64,000 nt of DNA, from assembly GCF_009914755.1 (NCBI RefSeq), contig NC_060930.1. One strand, written 5' to 3'. Source of the stretch: the human T2T-CHM13v2.0 reference genome, Homo sapiens. The notes below the pieces were generated by a model, which saw only the letters and a list, made by a program, of their open reading frames with translations, searched no databases and was not told where the DNA came from. Made by a program: the position numbers and the translations under genes. Numbering within the stretch: position 1 is the stretch's first letter; each line of letters starts with the position of its first letter. Shown piece by piece: positions 22,313-37,129 of this stretch.

Positions 22313-25300
22313 GTCTGGGTTTTCAGCGTGTGTGCTCCTCATCTGCTTTCTCTCTAATTTGAGGCTGAGACTGTTTCCAAGTGGCATACCCCTGTAATTC
22401 TGTTTTTAGCTTAGAATTAAATGAAGTCTTTGCTGTCTCTTGTTTCCTATTTCATCATATTTCATCTTGCTTTATTGTTTATGGTAATGTATCACTATCA
22501 GGGTTATCATGGATTTCCAGTTTTTCAAGTTAAAGCTGACTGTGCCTAACCCATCTCAAGCAAATCAGTGGGCAGTTTATTTTTAAGAGCCCACAGGAAG
22601 AAAAAAACAACAAAATCTGTAACCTGCTTTTTAGGCTTTTGCCATGTGTCTGTAAGACTGGACCTTTACTTTTTTTTTTTTTTTTTTAAACTTATGAAGG
22701 GACTGGGCATCTTCATGTCTTAGCAGCCACGTTTAAATCTCTGTCATTATGATGAAAGGTATCTTTTGCCTAGAAAGCTAACACCTGTCTACTTGTGTTA
22801 TTTCTTTCAGGGAATTTCAGTAGTAATGTATCATTCATCTAGTGGTAAGATTTTCAGCAATGAGAACATTCTGAAGCAGCTGAGAAAGCCCTAATAAAAT
22901 AACTGTCAGAATGCTCATGAGCTTCTCTCTGTTGGAGAAGAATCAAGCCATTTCCTCCTCTTCCAGGCATAGAGAATAGTTATCCTTTTTGCCATATTAC
23001 AAGGACAGAGTGGAGAAGTTCGTCATGCAGCTGTGGGCGCAGGCTAGTGTGTGGGGCTGGGGGAAGCAGACAAGTGGTGAGATGGTGGGCTCTGCTAAGC
23101 CCTGGGGTGGGCGTAGGAGCAGAAGCCAGAGCCTGGGGCCTCTGAGTGAGTGGGCTCAGTGAGGGGCAGGCCCAGCCTCATGTGCTTTGAGGTCTTTGAG
23201 AGCCTCAGACACCAACCTGGTAGAAGAGGCATTTGGAGGGATGCCTTCCATACCCCAAGACCCTGGGAAAGGAGAGTGGTGAGTCAGGGTTGGGTGGGTG
23301 GGAGGCCTGAGTTGATTGCCAGCAGCTGCCAGATACCATGCCCCTTTGTGTATATACTTCCTTTATTCATCAAATAGCTGCTGCCGTCTACTCAGTTGCT
23401 GGGTATCTATTCAGTGCCTGCTGTGTGGCAGAGTGTTCTAGGGGCTGGGGATACCACAGTGACAAAACCTAGTCCCTACTTTCATAAGGCTTACCTTCCA
23501 GAGAAATTTAATCCCAGAGACAGCAGACCAACCACCCACATGGGGGTGCTGCCGTTTATTGTAGGGATGAACAGCAGTACAAGGGAATTCAAAATAATGG
23601 AACATTTTCAAAAATTGGTTTTAATGGAGCTGTAGATGAATATGCAGTAAAATCAGTTTGGAGAGGAGCTATCGCAGCTATTTCTCCAGTCTTTCAGATG
23701 CCCGGCCTGAGCCTCTTGTGCCATAGGACAGTTGTTAAATGTAGCATTTCCATTGCCCGTGGTTGAAATGACCAGTGGCAGCCCCGATGCCACCTTTATT
23801 TCCTCAAGGCTGGACAGAAGAACCTTGCAAGCGCAAGGTTCTTGACCTGACTCTATGGGAAGGAATCATACAGTGCTGGATTTTTTGAAGGTGTTCCTGC
23901 TTTTGGATCATCTCATGTACTTGGTGCCAGGCTGTGGTTTTGGATTTGGACGTGTTGGGTTGAGATGGTTTCCAGACAGCTCGATGGAGATGCTGGAGCA
24001 GAAGGAAAAGAGGGATGTGCAGTTGAGGCGGGCACAAGGGCCGCAGCCTGAGGTGCCAGCTGAGAGGCCAATGACACTGCCCTGCGGAGCACGTGCCTGG
24101 TGAGGAGAGGTGCCTGGGCGTTCTAGGGGGCACCAACCTTTAGGGATGAAGAGGAGCCACCCAGAGAGCCAGAAAGGGCGATGGAAAAGCTGAGGAGAGT
24201 TCCACAGGGGGCAGGAAGACATGCACAACTGAGGTGAGCACTGAGGAATGCCCAGTAAGCCTGGGGGCTGACATTGTGGTCATTTCGTCACTGGTGACCT
24301 TCAGAGGAGTGGTCGGGAAGGCGGCAGTTTGCAGTAGGTGGAGCGAGAGATGGATAGGAAGCCAGAAAAAGGCTCTGGACAGCTGGAAGAGGAGCGGGGT
24401 GTTTGATGTGTTGTTCTTTTGCTGGAAGAGGGTGGAGCGCCTGCGCCTGCCGCTCTGCTTTCTCTGCTGGGTGCTGTGCTGGTCGCTCCCTCCTGGGGCC
24501 CCTGCATGTCCACCCATCCTTCCTCCTCTCCGGTGGGCCTGGAGCTGCTCAGGGGAAGGCGGGAGCACGCCTGGCTCTTTGTGGCCCAGTGCCTGGGGTC
24601 GTGCCTGGCATGCGGTGGGGCTCAGATTATGCTGGTGGTGGTAATAGAGTTCCCTTAGCACTCCTAGGTGACAGGCTTTCCCCTCTGCATTTCACAGATT
24701 CTAAGGTAACGTACAACGAAGGGTGCATGCGCTTTGGCCAAGGCCATGTTACATGATGGTACCAGGAGTCAGCCCTGAGGCAGATGAACTCCAAAGCCTG
24801 TGCTGCCCTCGCTCCTTGTTGAGGGTGGAGAATATTTCACTACCTTTGTAGACTGAGGGGAAGATTATTTACAAATATTTCCAGAAGATTAGTTTTGTAA
24901 TATATTGAACTACCAGTATATTTTGGATGCCTTTGATCTCTTTGGTAAACTGGATTGTCACCTTGATGTAGTGAGTCAGCTGGCTTGGTGGAGGCATCTC
25001 TGAGTGTCTGGAGAAACTTCATAGAGATTATTGCATTTGGGGAGTTAGTTTTGGTCATTGCCACTTGTGTGGCGAAAATCTTGGGTTAAAGCATGGTCAG
25101 CATGAGTAAATGTTGTTAATTGTACATTTTCTCTTTACCCCCTCTGAAACCTTATGTTTGAGAGCTGTCATTCAGGATTGGATACTAAAAAACTTGGCAG
25201 TTGTGAAATAGTTTTCTCTCTGTGTGTATAGGTTATTCTCTGATGTTAAAATGGCTAATGCTGCACAGGTGTGTATTTCCTACCATATATTTATAAAAAA

Positions 25301-25779
25301 ACCACTCTTTAAATTTCAACTCGTGTACATGTCCCATCTCAAGTCTCAAGTATTACAGACTGTAGGTCAGATTCCCTCATGATATGTGGAACCTCAAAGG
25401 GAAATCAATTGTTTTGCTGTTGTAGTGAAATACTAAGTATTGAATAATTAATAATATAGAATAATTAATAATATAAAATAATTCATCAAATAATTTCTAG
25501 GTGCCAAGCACTGTGCTAAGAACTCTATATGCATTTTCTGTGAGGTAGGTTCTATTACTGTACTCATTTGAGGCACACATCTAGCGAGTGGCACAGCTGC
25601 AGTTTGCACTCAGGCATTCTGACCCCATTGCCTTTTCATATATGCTGTATTGCCTCTCAGGAGGGACTGGAATGAGTAGAGTTGGACAAGTGGTCTGAAT
25701 TTACATTGTGAAAGGTGGCGTTATGATAGATTTTTTTTATTGCTTGCTTGCGCATTCACATCAGTTGATATATATATAT

Positions 25780-26063
25780 TTGGACACGGAGTCTTGCTCT
25801 GTTGCACAGGCTAGAGTGCAGTGGTGCTATCTCCTCACTGCATCCTCAGCTTCCCAGGTTCAAGCGATTCTCCTGCCTCAGCCTCCCTTGTAGCTGGGAT
25901 TACAGATGTGCACCACCATGCCTGGGTAATATTTGTATTTTTTAGTACAGATGGGGTTTCACCATGTTGGCAAGGCTGGTCTCGAACTCGTGACCTCAAG
26001 TGATCTGCCCGCCTCAGACTCCCAAAGTGTGAGGATTACAGGCATGAGCCACCACACCCGGCC
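25780..26063 (-). mobile_element. Alu (AluS-like)
   Basis: Antisense Alu dimer ending accacacccggcc. Confidence 0.92.
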
Positions 26064-26527
26064 TCAAATCATTTGATATTCTATGAAGATACTGGAAAAG
26101 CTGATGAAAGATCTTCCTTTCCCTCCAAGAGGATACCATTTGGTTAGAGAGACCTGTGAAACAGAATCATTGAAGAAGCTGCGCAGTAATAAGACTCCCA
26201 GCCAGCAGGTGAAATGAGTTTTCTTGTTTTCGGGGTCCTAGGTGACATGGCTCTAAGGTGCCCACCCGGAACCCTCACCCCCACCCCTGCCATGGAAAAC
26301 ACTTTTATTATACACATCCCTCCTGTCCCACCAGTTACAAAGCAGATTTGAACTGAAGCGTATTTCTTCTTTTGATGAGAATGTGAAAGGGGATCTTTGT
26401 ACTTGGTTAGTTTTCATTACAATTCCCCTTTCCTAAAGAGAAAACTCAGAATCAGGATGCATTTCATGTGTCTGAAGAACCTTTTTCCAACATAAAACCT
26501 TTTCAGCATTAAAAGTATACTCTGAAA

Positions 26528-27345
<818 letters not shown>

Positions 27346-27482
27346 TAGAGACTCTTGAGTTGCATCTTGTAGTATTTATAACAATTTAAACCTACTAGTA
27401 CTGTGCCTGGCTCTTAGCAAGTGTAGAATGTGAGCTACTTGAATTTTGGATGGCTGTCAGTAGGGTAGGATCTTGAATAATC

Positions 27483-27783
27483 TTTTTTTTTTTTTTTTTT
27501 TTTGAGGCGGAGTCTCGCTCTGTTGCCCACTCTGGAGTGCAGTGGTGCAATCTCGGCTCACTGCAACCTCTGCCTCCCGGTTTCAAGCAATTCTCTGCCT
27601 CAGCCTTCTGAGTAGCTAGGATTATAGGTGCCCGCCACCAGGTCTGGGTAATTTTTTGTATTTTTAGTAGGGACGGGGTTTCATCATCTTGGCTGGGCTG
27701 GTCTTGAAACTCCTGACTTCATGATCACCCACCTCGCCCTCCCAAAGTGCTGGGATTACAGGTGTGAGCCACCGCACCCGGCC
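27483..27783 (-). mobile_element. Alu (AluS-like)
   Basis: Poly-T, then gaggcggagtctcgctctg...gcacccggcc. Confidence 0.93.
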
Positions 27784-30124
27784 TCATCATTGTTTTTGAA
27801 ACTATCTTTGATAGTACAAATGTATTGCAGTTATCTAAACTTTAAAAATAATGAAAAACCATTAAAACCACATTATAAACAAGGAAAGATTTTTTCCTCT
27901 GCTTGAAGCATCTATCCAGGTTCTGCCATATTGTCTAAGGATGGTAAGAGCAGGGTGGGGTCTGTGTTTTTGCTTTTTTTTTAGTAGTAGAGAAAAGGCT
28001 GTTTGGAACCAAACATGTGGAAGGCTGTTTTACTTCACTTTGTTTTATATCCACTGAAAATAAATGTAAGTTTAGTTAGTGTTTTTTTTCTTCCACGATG
28101 TTTGAAGGAAAGTCCTTGATTTCTGTCTGTGTTGCAGTTTGAACTTTAACCTGTGGCCTGGTAGTTGAAATGGATTGTGCATTTTGGTGTGGAAAAAAAA
28201 TCGAATTGCTTTCTCGAAATTGACTAAAATGTTTTAACTCTTCATAGCAAATGAGGCGTGAAACAAATTGTCAAAAGCATGGAGACAAAATTATTGCAGT
28301 ACTGAATGTTTAACTGGTTGGTGCTGTTCTATCGAAGGTGTGAGCCAAGCAGATAAATGTGTAAACGGCACCTTTCTCCTTCTCTCCTACCCAATTTTTC
28401 ACAGCTTGTCTTCACGAGGAGACCTCCATCTATGTCAGAAAAATCACAGCCCTTCTGAAAGTGTTAGATTATAGTGTTGCTATGAGGAATAATTAGGAAG
28501 TCCTGTAGGCTATGGATTAGAAGAAATAAACTTCCTGTTTGCAAACATTTTATTTCACATCATCATTAGATGAAGCAAAAATACATTTTTTAGTGTCTCT
28601 GAAAGCTTGATGATATGTAAAGGATGTTAGTTATTTATGTTCATATTCTTTCGTATTCATTCATTGTGTTTCATTCTACTTGGAATATTTTACCCTTCTT
28701 TTTAGGATTTAGTAGTTTGAATAATAATGCTTAACCTGAAAAATAATAAAATATTTAAATCATATACTTTTTAGTTTTAAAATATCAAATGTTAATTTAA
28801 GGAATGTCCAGAGGTTTAATAAGGAGGACTTCAAATTTTTGACTGTTCCTTCACTTTTCTTTTTGAAGCTTCTATTTAGGTTCTTAGGTTAGGATTTCTC
28901 AAGATCCCCACCTATTAGATGGCTACAGCTCTCCTAGCCCCTGGGGCTTTGATTTCTAATGTAGGTCATTGAATGGCCAAAACAGATGTGCCATACAGAG
29001 TGCAAAGCTTTTAAATAAGGAGAAAGATTATGTATTGGCATTGTTTTTTTGTGGCTAAGTATAAGTTGAGGGTTATTGTTTATATTTCTAAGTATTTTTA
29101 GCATCTCATAAGCAAAGAGGTGGATGAATATATGTGTACATATGTGTTTATGAGTATGTAGCTGTGTGTTATTTGTGTATGTACACAATATGTTTCACAG
29201 TTTTATTATAACTACAAATATGAAAAACAAATAAAGCGTGATCCTTATACTAATGCAGCTGATTATACTTTTGCATGTTTCCATGTAGTTTTTATTTCTG
29301 ATGGGTGTATGTGTGAGTATAAACATTTTTTTTCTGTCCTCCCAACCTATTTTGTTTTTTTTTAAATTACTGCTATAGCGATAGGTATATGTAAAGAGTA
29401 TAGGAAATTGATTATACAACTTCCAAGCAACGATGTTTTCTTTTTATCAGATTGACTCTAGTATGCAGAGATGATGGAATTTTCGTGCATGTGGTCTTGT
29501 ACATTTATTAAGCCTTTTCAATGAAGATTTAAGAGCCAACATTTTATTTATGAAATTCAGTCCACATTTATAATGTTGTATAATAGAAATGTATGTACAT
29601 TTCCTGTGATTTTTCAGTATAGAAGAATAATGGATCTTGCAAAGATTGTAGTTGCTGTTACTTACCTTTTTAAGAGAGAACCAAAATATTTTCCTTTCCT
29701 TTCCTTTCGTTTCAGTGTTCTCTAAGCTGTGTGTCTATCTATAAATCTTTATCCATCCACCATCTTCCTCCCTCTGTACTTACCTGTCTTAAACTTACCT
29801 AGACTTACCTTTGCCTTCGTTTTGCATTTATGATTTTTCCCTCCTTTCTCTTCAAGTGAATGCTTTATTTTTGTTTTCATGGTGTGTTTTTTTCTTGCTT
29901 TCATTTTATCTTTTTCTCTTTTTTTTTTTTTTAAATTCCTTTTTTGATCTAGTTCTTCCTGCCCCTCCACAGCTGCCCACATTGAGTGGGTTAGTTGTAA
30001 GTGTCCCATTCCACATCCTGTCTTGGGTGGGCTTTCCTGTAAGATTTTTCCTGGGTGTCTGTTATTACCTTTTTTTCCAATACATATTAAAACAATTGGC
30101 CATTTTTCATCATGTTTAGGAAAC

Positions 30125-30265
30125 ACTTAGCCTTGTTTTCCTCATCTGCAAAATAGGGATGATGAAACGTAATTTACGTGGTTGCTAAGAGAGCTAAATT
30201 AGTTGAGGTGTGTAAAGCATATAGCTTTACATCCAATGTGAAATAAGTGTTCATTAAATGTTAGT
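30125..30265 (+). mobile_element. MIR fragment
   Basis: ttttcctcatctgcaaaataggg...gtgtaaagca. Confidence 0.6.
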
Positions 30266-30337
30266 GGCAGAGGTAATAGTAGTTGTAACGTTGAATTGCC
30301 TGGTATGATGGAGAATGTTTCTAAAGAACACCCCTCA

Positions 30338-30642
<305 letters not shown>

Positions 30643-30705
30643 CACCCCTCAATTTTGGATTACATTGATAATTAGGGGCCAGATCATAAAGAGAGCTTTA
30701 TTTAC

Positions 30706-31064
30706 TGTATTAGTTTGTTCTTACACTGCTATCAAGATATACCTGAGACTGGGTAATTTATAAAGGAAAGAGGTTTAGTTGACTCATAGTTCTGCATGGC
30801 TGGGGAGGCCTCAGGAAACTTAGAATCATGGTAGAAGGCACCTCTTCACAGGGTGGCAGGGGAGAGAATGAGTGCCCAGCGAAGGGGGAAGCCCCTTATA
30901 AAACCATCAGATTTCGTGAGAACTAACACAATCACGAGAACAGCCTGGAGGAAGCCATCCCCATGATTCAATCACCTCCCACCAAGTCCCTCCTACAACA
31001 CATGGGGATTATGGGAACTATAATTCCAGATAAGATTTGAGTGGGGACAAGCCTAATCATATCA
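30706..31064 (-). mobile_element. Solo ERVL-MaLR LTR (THE1/MST family)
   Basis: tgtattag...cctgagactgggtaatttataaaggaaagaggttt...gggaggcctcaggaaactta...cccttataaaaccatcagat...catatca; TG...CA termini, about 360 bp. Confidence 0.9.
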
Positions 31065-31599
31065 ACGTATCATGAAAAGATTACATTTTATTCCAGGGGT
31101 CATAGAAACCATTGAAGAATTTTACTACTAAGAGAGATGTGATCTGATTGGCAAAAAAAAAAAAAAAAAAAAAAAGAAATTGGCCCTTTTTGTGTCTTAA
31201 TGTTCCTATTTCACCCACCCTTAAAATATAAAATTTAAAGATTAGGCAGTATTACTAATGGCCAGTACTTATAAAGTGACATGTAAATAGGACAAGAGTT
31301 TAACAAATGTAAACATCTCACTAAATTTTAGTACTTCACTTACCAACCCTTGGATGTTTAGCTAATAATTGCTAATTATAACTATGCATTTGTTTGCTTA
31401 TACTACTCTGGCAGGAACAGGCCTCTCTCAGCTTACTCAGTAGGCCAAGTTAGAGATTCTGGGTTGGGCCCTAGTTTTTCAGGGATGTAGTATTGGCTCA
31501 TTGGATTTAAATCTTAGGGAAAATCTGGTGGAGACACTTTGCCTCCACCTGCAGCCTGCTGTGCTGGATGTGTAGTGAGGGAATGAGACAGGATAGGCC

Positions 31600-31760
31600 C
31601 GAGAGTAAAGTGGTCTGTTTGAATCCCCAGTTCTGCCACTCATTTTTTGTAAAATGGGAATAATGATAATATCTAAGTTCTGGGGTTATTTTGAGGATTA
31701 AATGAGGTCGCATGTTTAAAGCATATAGGATGTTGTCCGAGTGTCAGCTTTTATTGTTAC
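31600..31760 (+). mobile_element. MIR fragment
   Basis: tttgaatccccagttctgccact...tgtaaaatgggaataatgataata...tgaggattaaatgag. Confidence 0.65.
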
Positions 31761-31984
31761 CATTACTATTCTTGAGGAAACCTAGCAGGTTTACACTTCA
31801 CCAAGGAAGGGCAGCTATTGGTTTGCCTATAGGAGTATGCTCTCTCTGCTCTCAGAGGGCCTACAAGAAAATTTTTTTTCTATCCAAATGTCACCTTTGC
31901 TTTTATTTTCTTTCCTTTCCATACACGGAAGAAAAAATAGGAAAAAGAATTACATATACTTTGCAACTTTTTAATTATTTATTT

Positions 31985-32262
31985 AATTTTATTTTTTTTT
32001 AGAGACAGTGGAGTGCAGTGGCACCATTGTAACTCACTGCAGCGTGTAACTCCTGGGCTTAGGTGATCCTCCCATCTCAGCCTCCTAAGTAGCTGGAATC
32101 ACAGATGCGCACTGCCACAACCAGCTAATTTTTAAATTTTTTTGTGGAGATGGAGTCTCGCTGTGTTGCCTAAACTGGTCTCAGAGTCCTGGCCTCAAGT
32201 GATCCTCCTGCCTTGGCCTCCTGATGTGTTGGGATTACAGGTGTGAGCCACTGTGCCCAGCC
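31985..32262 (-). mobile_element. Alu (AluJ-like)
   Basis: Diverged antisense dimer. Confidence 0.88.
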
Positions 32263-33044
32263 ACATTTTTCAGCTTTGAAACCCTGTAATGTGAGTTCCC
32301 CCTCACTCCAGTTAGAAAGCTCATTTCTAATTTCCGTATTGGCCACTTTTTCTGTGTCACATTCACTAAATTAGGTTTAATGGTGGGTCCCAAAATCATA
32401 ACCATAAACCTTGTTGAGGTTCTGTTTTCTTGTCCATAAAATGGGGATTAAGTGAATTGCTGGAAGGGTGCGTTGCCCAGGTCCTCAATAAGTGATAAAC
32501 TCACGTTCAGCACATTCAACAAACTTTTAAAGGTTTTTAAATAAAAAAAGCAAAGGCTTATGGTCTTTGGAAGGTTCTTTTAGTTTCTCAAGTTGGGACC
32601 CCATGCCTTACCGTGCCACTGAGTTGAAGAACAGGTTCTACCTCTGGCTTTCAGAACCTCCTTAGAGCTGGTTTGGAGGTGTTCCTGCTCTCTACGTGTC
32701 CTTTCTTCTAAAAACACATTTCACAAAAATACATTTCACAGACTTTACTGTATCATATTTTCAACCAGAGTTTAAATGGGGATTGTTTGCTTTTGCTTAA
32801 TAATACTACTTTACAGATGATTTAATAATTTCCAAAGTGCTTTTCTTATCTAGTCCTCACAGTAATCTTGCGAGGTTTGGTTAATATCCCTGTTTCGTGT
32901 GTGCTGAAGCAGAAGCACAGTGACTTGGCTAAGGACACGACTTTATTTCAAACCAGGTTTTGTGACCCAAATCTGAGCTTTTGCACCTCACACTGTTGCT
33001 GTGGTGTGTTACAGTGATTCTTTAGCTTAGAGACACGTTTGGAT

Positions 33045-33378
33045 CAGGGGGTCAGCAAACTTTTCCTACGAAGGGCCACATAGTAAATAATTCAGGTTTT
33101 CTGGGCCAGATGATGTTTGTTTCAACTACTCAGCTCCGCTGAGGCAGTGCTGAAGTGTCCATAGACAATCCGTAAATGAACGTGGGAGGAGGCTGCGTGC
33201 CAGAAAAGCTATGGATGCTGAAATTGAATTTCATGTAATTTTACATGTCTTAAAATATTCTTTTGATTTCTTTCCCCCAACCATTTAAAAATGTAAAACA
33301 TATTCTTAGCTTATGGGTCCTACAAAAACCAAGCGGTGGACCAGATTTGTCTGGAGGACCGCAGCTTGCCAACCCCTG
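33045..33378. mobile_element. MER58-type (probably MER58B) hAT-Charlie DNA transposon
   Basis: Terminal inverted repeats caggggg-tcagcaaac ... gcttgccaacccctg; internal aagggccacatagtaaata, caactactcagctc and ccatagacaat. Confidence 0.85.
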
Positions 33379-36300
33379 GACAGCGTGCGTTTTTCCATTT
33401 CCAGTTCCGTCCAAGTATTGTGCACCCCCCCACGCCCCACCCAGTGAAGCATCTTTGTTTGCACAACTCTTTATTCTCTAGCATCTCAGCTAACAGGAAG
33501 CTGGGAGAAAGTTCAGATCTATGGAGTGGAAGAGCCCAGGGTGAAGGGAGCCAGCGGATCACGTGGTGTCGGAAACGCCTTAAGCAAGAAGCTTGCATGT
33601 CAGAAACCAAGCTCAGGGTTCTCTGTTGTGTTTTGGTTTTTACTGCCCGCCATCTAGTTGAGTTTCTTCATGTTCTAGGAGCTCTGTCAGTTCTTTAATT
33701 TCCCCCCACTAGAGTTTTGAGGTTTTTTCTTAAGGTTTTTTTTTTTTTGAAAAAGAGAGTTACAGACATGTAGTGCATTAGTATAGTTTGATTATTAAAA
33801 GATTCAAACGCTGGCAAAAACGTGTATGTTGAATATTTAAACTCTCATTTACTGCTTCCCCTTCCCAGAAGTATATGCTCTTAAGTTAAATGTGTCTTTT
33901 AGTTGATTTTAAAATACTGCATGTGAACATAGACAATTATATAATATAAACATCTGTATATAAGATGATATTGTACGTGTTCTCTGACCTTTTCCTTACA
34001 GAAAGTTCCTTGGATCACACCACAGTGGTTCGACTTTTTGCTTTGGGTAATTTGTTGTGTGAGCAAGAGAGGTTCTCAGTTGTCTAAGCAGTCACTGAAC
34101 AGTGAAAAAACACAATATCATTTTTTTTGCTGTGGACTGTGGAATCATTTTAGAATGTCACCCTCTTTTGAGGCAGTTGGCAGGATTTGCCCGGAAGGAT
34201 CAGGATAGGGTCTTTGGGTCTGAGTCCTGCGTGACTTCCTTTTCTGACAGCCTCAGATGCAGTCCTAGACTCCCGTGTCATTGAGCGCTGTCCATAACAT
34301 CTTACCATGAGTGTGCTATAAAAATACAACCTCTTCATTGTTAAGCCGTGTTACTGTTGAGGCTTTAACCCTATTGTATCCCAAAGCAGAAGCAGAGGTA
34401 GATATTTCAAAGTAATTGGATTTAGTAATTGAAATTTCAAAAGTAATTGAGAGATGAGAGCGTTTCCTATTTGGAAGACATCAGCTGGATTTTATTTTAT
34501 TTTTCCCGAAGTTATTTGCATTCTGTCTTGTTAGCTTTAGAAATAAGAACAGGGAAAACAGAAAGGAGAACATGTAGTGGTATAATGTAGATCTTAAAAT
34601 ACTTCAGAGTTCTCATTCTTTTTTTGGTATGGTACTCAATAGGTATTCTAGTCAAATGTAGGCTATGACTTTGTAAATAATCTCTCTTGAAAAAAGGGAG
34701 CCTTCATTGTGTTCTTGGCAGCCTATCACGTGGTGCTCTTGTGAGTGTGGGCTCCAGCCTACATTGACCGTGAACCAGAGCAGCCCTGTTACTAAAGTCA
34801 ATGCTTGTAATTCTCTTACAGTCCTCATACCACAGATTTCCTTGCAATCATACTTTTTTCTTTCATTCTCTTTTTTACCTGTTTTGTTTTCAGTCTCAGC
34901 TAAAATTGAATATATATAAGTGTACTAACTCTCTATAAAGAAGTCTTTTTCTAATCTACATGCCACTATGAAAATTGAAAATAAAAACATTATCTGTATT
35001 GTTTAATAAGGATTTATTCATTAGTTGTGCACATTCTTTATTTGTTCATTTGGTTTTAAAATATCAATGCTCTTATTTTTACTTGATGAAAGGAGAGAAA
35101 CTTCTTTTAACGAATGTTTTTAGAGGCACTAAAATCCTTGATTAAAAACAGTGTTAAGGATTTGTATTTCATTGTGCTTTGGGAGAAATGTCTTAAGATT
35201 TGTACACACGAGTTTGTTTTATCTGTGTGACTCTAATTAAAGTTAATCAAAGTCACATGGCTTAGCAAATCACTGAAGTTTCTTTTTGGAGGTTTTTATT
35301 CATTTTAGTAATTTGATTTGTTGATTTGCTATTAATCTTTTAAAAGTAAAACATCAATAACCTAATTTTATAAAGTATCAGGTGTCTTTTTTTTGGCCTA
35401 CTTTACGTTACTTACTCTGTACTTTCAAGCAGGCACATAAAGGCTCAGTCTGTTTCAGCTCTGTGCACTGCTGAGCAGTGTCTTACCATGACTGACCTCC
35501 TGATTAAGAGGAAGTTAGCACGTGAGAGCCACATTGAGTCTGCTGGCCTTAGCTTCATGTGCTATGTGAGAGATGTGGTCATTTTGTACACAGGATGTTA
35601 TAATGGGATATTGACATTTTACGGATCCAGCATCCTGTGTATAAATTAAGCTTTCTTTTTAAGAAGACATTTTACAGTTGTAAAATTCTCGCCTATTTGA
35701 ATTTTGAGATCTTGATGAAACATAATCCCTGGAGTGCTCTTCCACTGTTGCAGTGTAATCTTTCCATATGATATCTGATTTAGTTGGAAGCAACTTAGTA
35801 ATTATGCATGCTTAAAGGAAGCAACTTAATAAACAGGATTTTAGAGAAACCCAGTCAGAATTGTAAAATGGTACTGCTGAATCAATTGCATTACATAGAA
35901 TTACTGGGTTAGATGTAGGTTTGAGATAAGTGGGCAGACCTGAGGCTCCTGTACCACCACCATTGTCAAGAGCATGTGAAGATTTGCCTTTTTCAAAGAA
36001 AAAAAAAAAAAAAAAAAAAAAAGGACTCCCTTTCCCTTGGTTCGTTCAAAAATGATTCAAAAGTAGCCTTCTCAAGTCTGGTGGCTGAGGGCCACCAGAA
36101 AGTGGAGCGGGCCTTGGTTCTGACATGGGCTTAGCATGGTAGGCTAGGTAAAGTCAGCTCTGTGGAGGTGGGCACAGTTTGTCATGTGGTCAGGTGGCAT
36201 GCAGAGGACAAAAAGATGCAGCTCTGAACTTGAGGATTTAAGCAATCATCTGGGAAATCAGCACAGCATGTGGCTGAGGAATCAGATTCAGGAGGGAGGT

Positions 36301-37129
36301 GAAGACTGTCAGGTGCAGCAGGCCCCATGTGTGACCTCTGCTGCTTTACATGTGAAATATAGGAAGGGGAAAAATAACTATTGAAAATCATTTCTGTTCC
36401 TTGTCAGCTTATACACATGTACTATTAAATAGTCACAGTTTAAACTACTTATTTTCAGTTCACTATTTTGTACACATTGTCCTATATTGGTATTATTGCT
36501 AGCATTTCTGCAATTTTTTGAGTTAGAATTTAGGGTGACCTCTCAAGAATATTTTGTCATACTGATTCCATCTACAGATATACGTTGTGGTAGGTTCTGG
36601 TTATAAAAGTGTAAATGGTAACAGCTGCCATTTACCAAAGATCCACCTGCCAGCCTGCCTGCTTTATAGATGAGGGGATTGAGGCCTGGGAGGTTGAGGA
36701 ACTTGCCTCAGCTCCTGGAGCTGCGTTGGATTCCTGCTCTCATTCTGTCTTCCTTGTAAAGCGAGAGGGGTGTTCTCCTTTGGTTTGTAAACTCTCTTGC
36801 TATTTCACAGCCTCTGGTGTCCAGAAGACACATAAACAGACAATGGCAACCAAACCTTCTAAATTTTAGAACACAGGTTTCCTCAGGGGTCTCTGATCTC
36901 TTGATCATTTTCATTTTGCCTGGTGGTTTCAAGACAAACTTGATATAGAAGGTGATCCTTGAGTCAAGGCCTGAAAGATGAGGAATCAGCCCCCAATAAC
37001 TTCTGGAATCGTGTGTCTTCAGGCTTCTGGAGAATGTGAGAGCACCAACACCAATATTTTGCACAGCAGCAGGTCTTATGTGGGAGGGGCAAGAGTGAGG
37101 AAGAGCTATATGAAATGTGTATTATTTGT

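Noticed and set aside
23804-24756. Cluster of overlapping ORFs up to 173 aa
   Set aside because: Locally high GC lowers stop frequency; no protein-like composition or consistent exon structure.
31147-31184. Isolated poly(A) flanked by attggc on both sides (possible tail-only retro-insertion); similar bare runs near 8226, 35999 and 44384
   Set aside because: A 6-bp match is too short to call a TSD, and mononucleotide runs are common. They mainly matter as internal-priming artefacts in 3'-seq.
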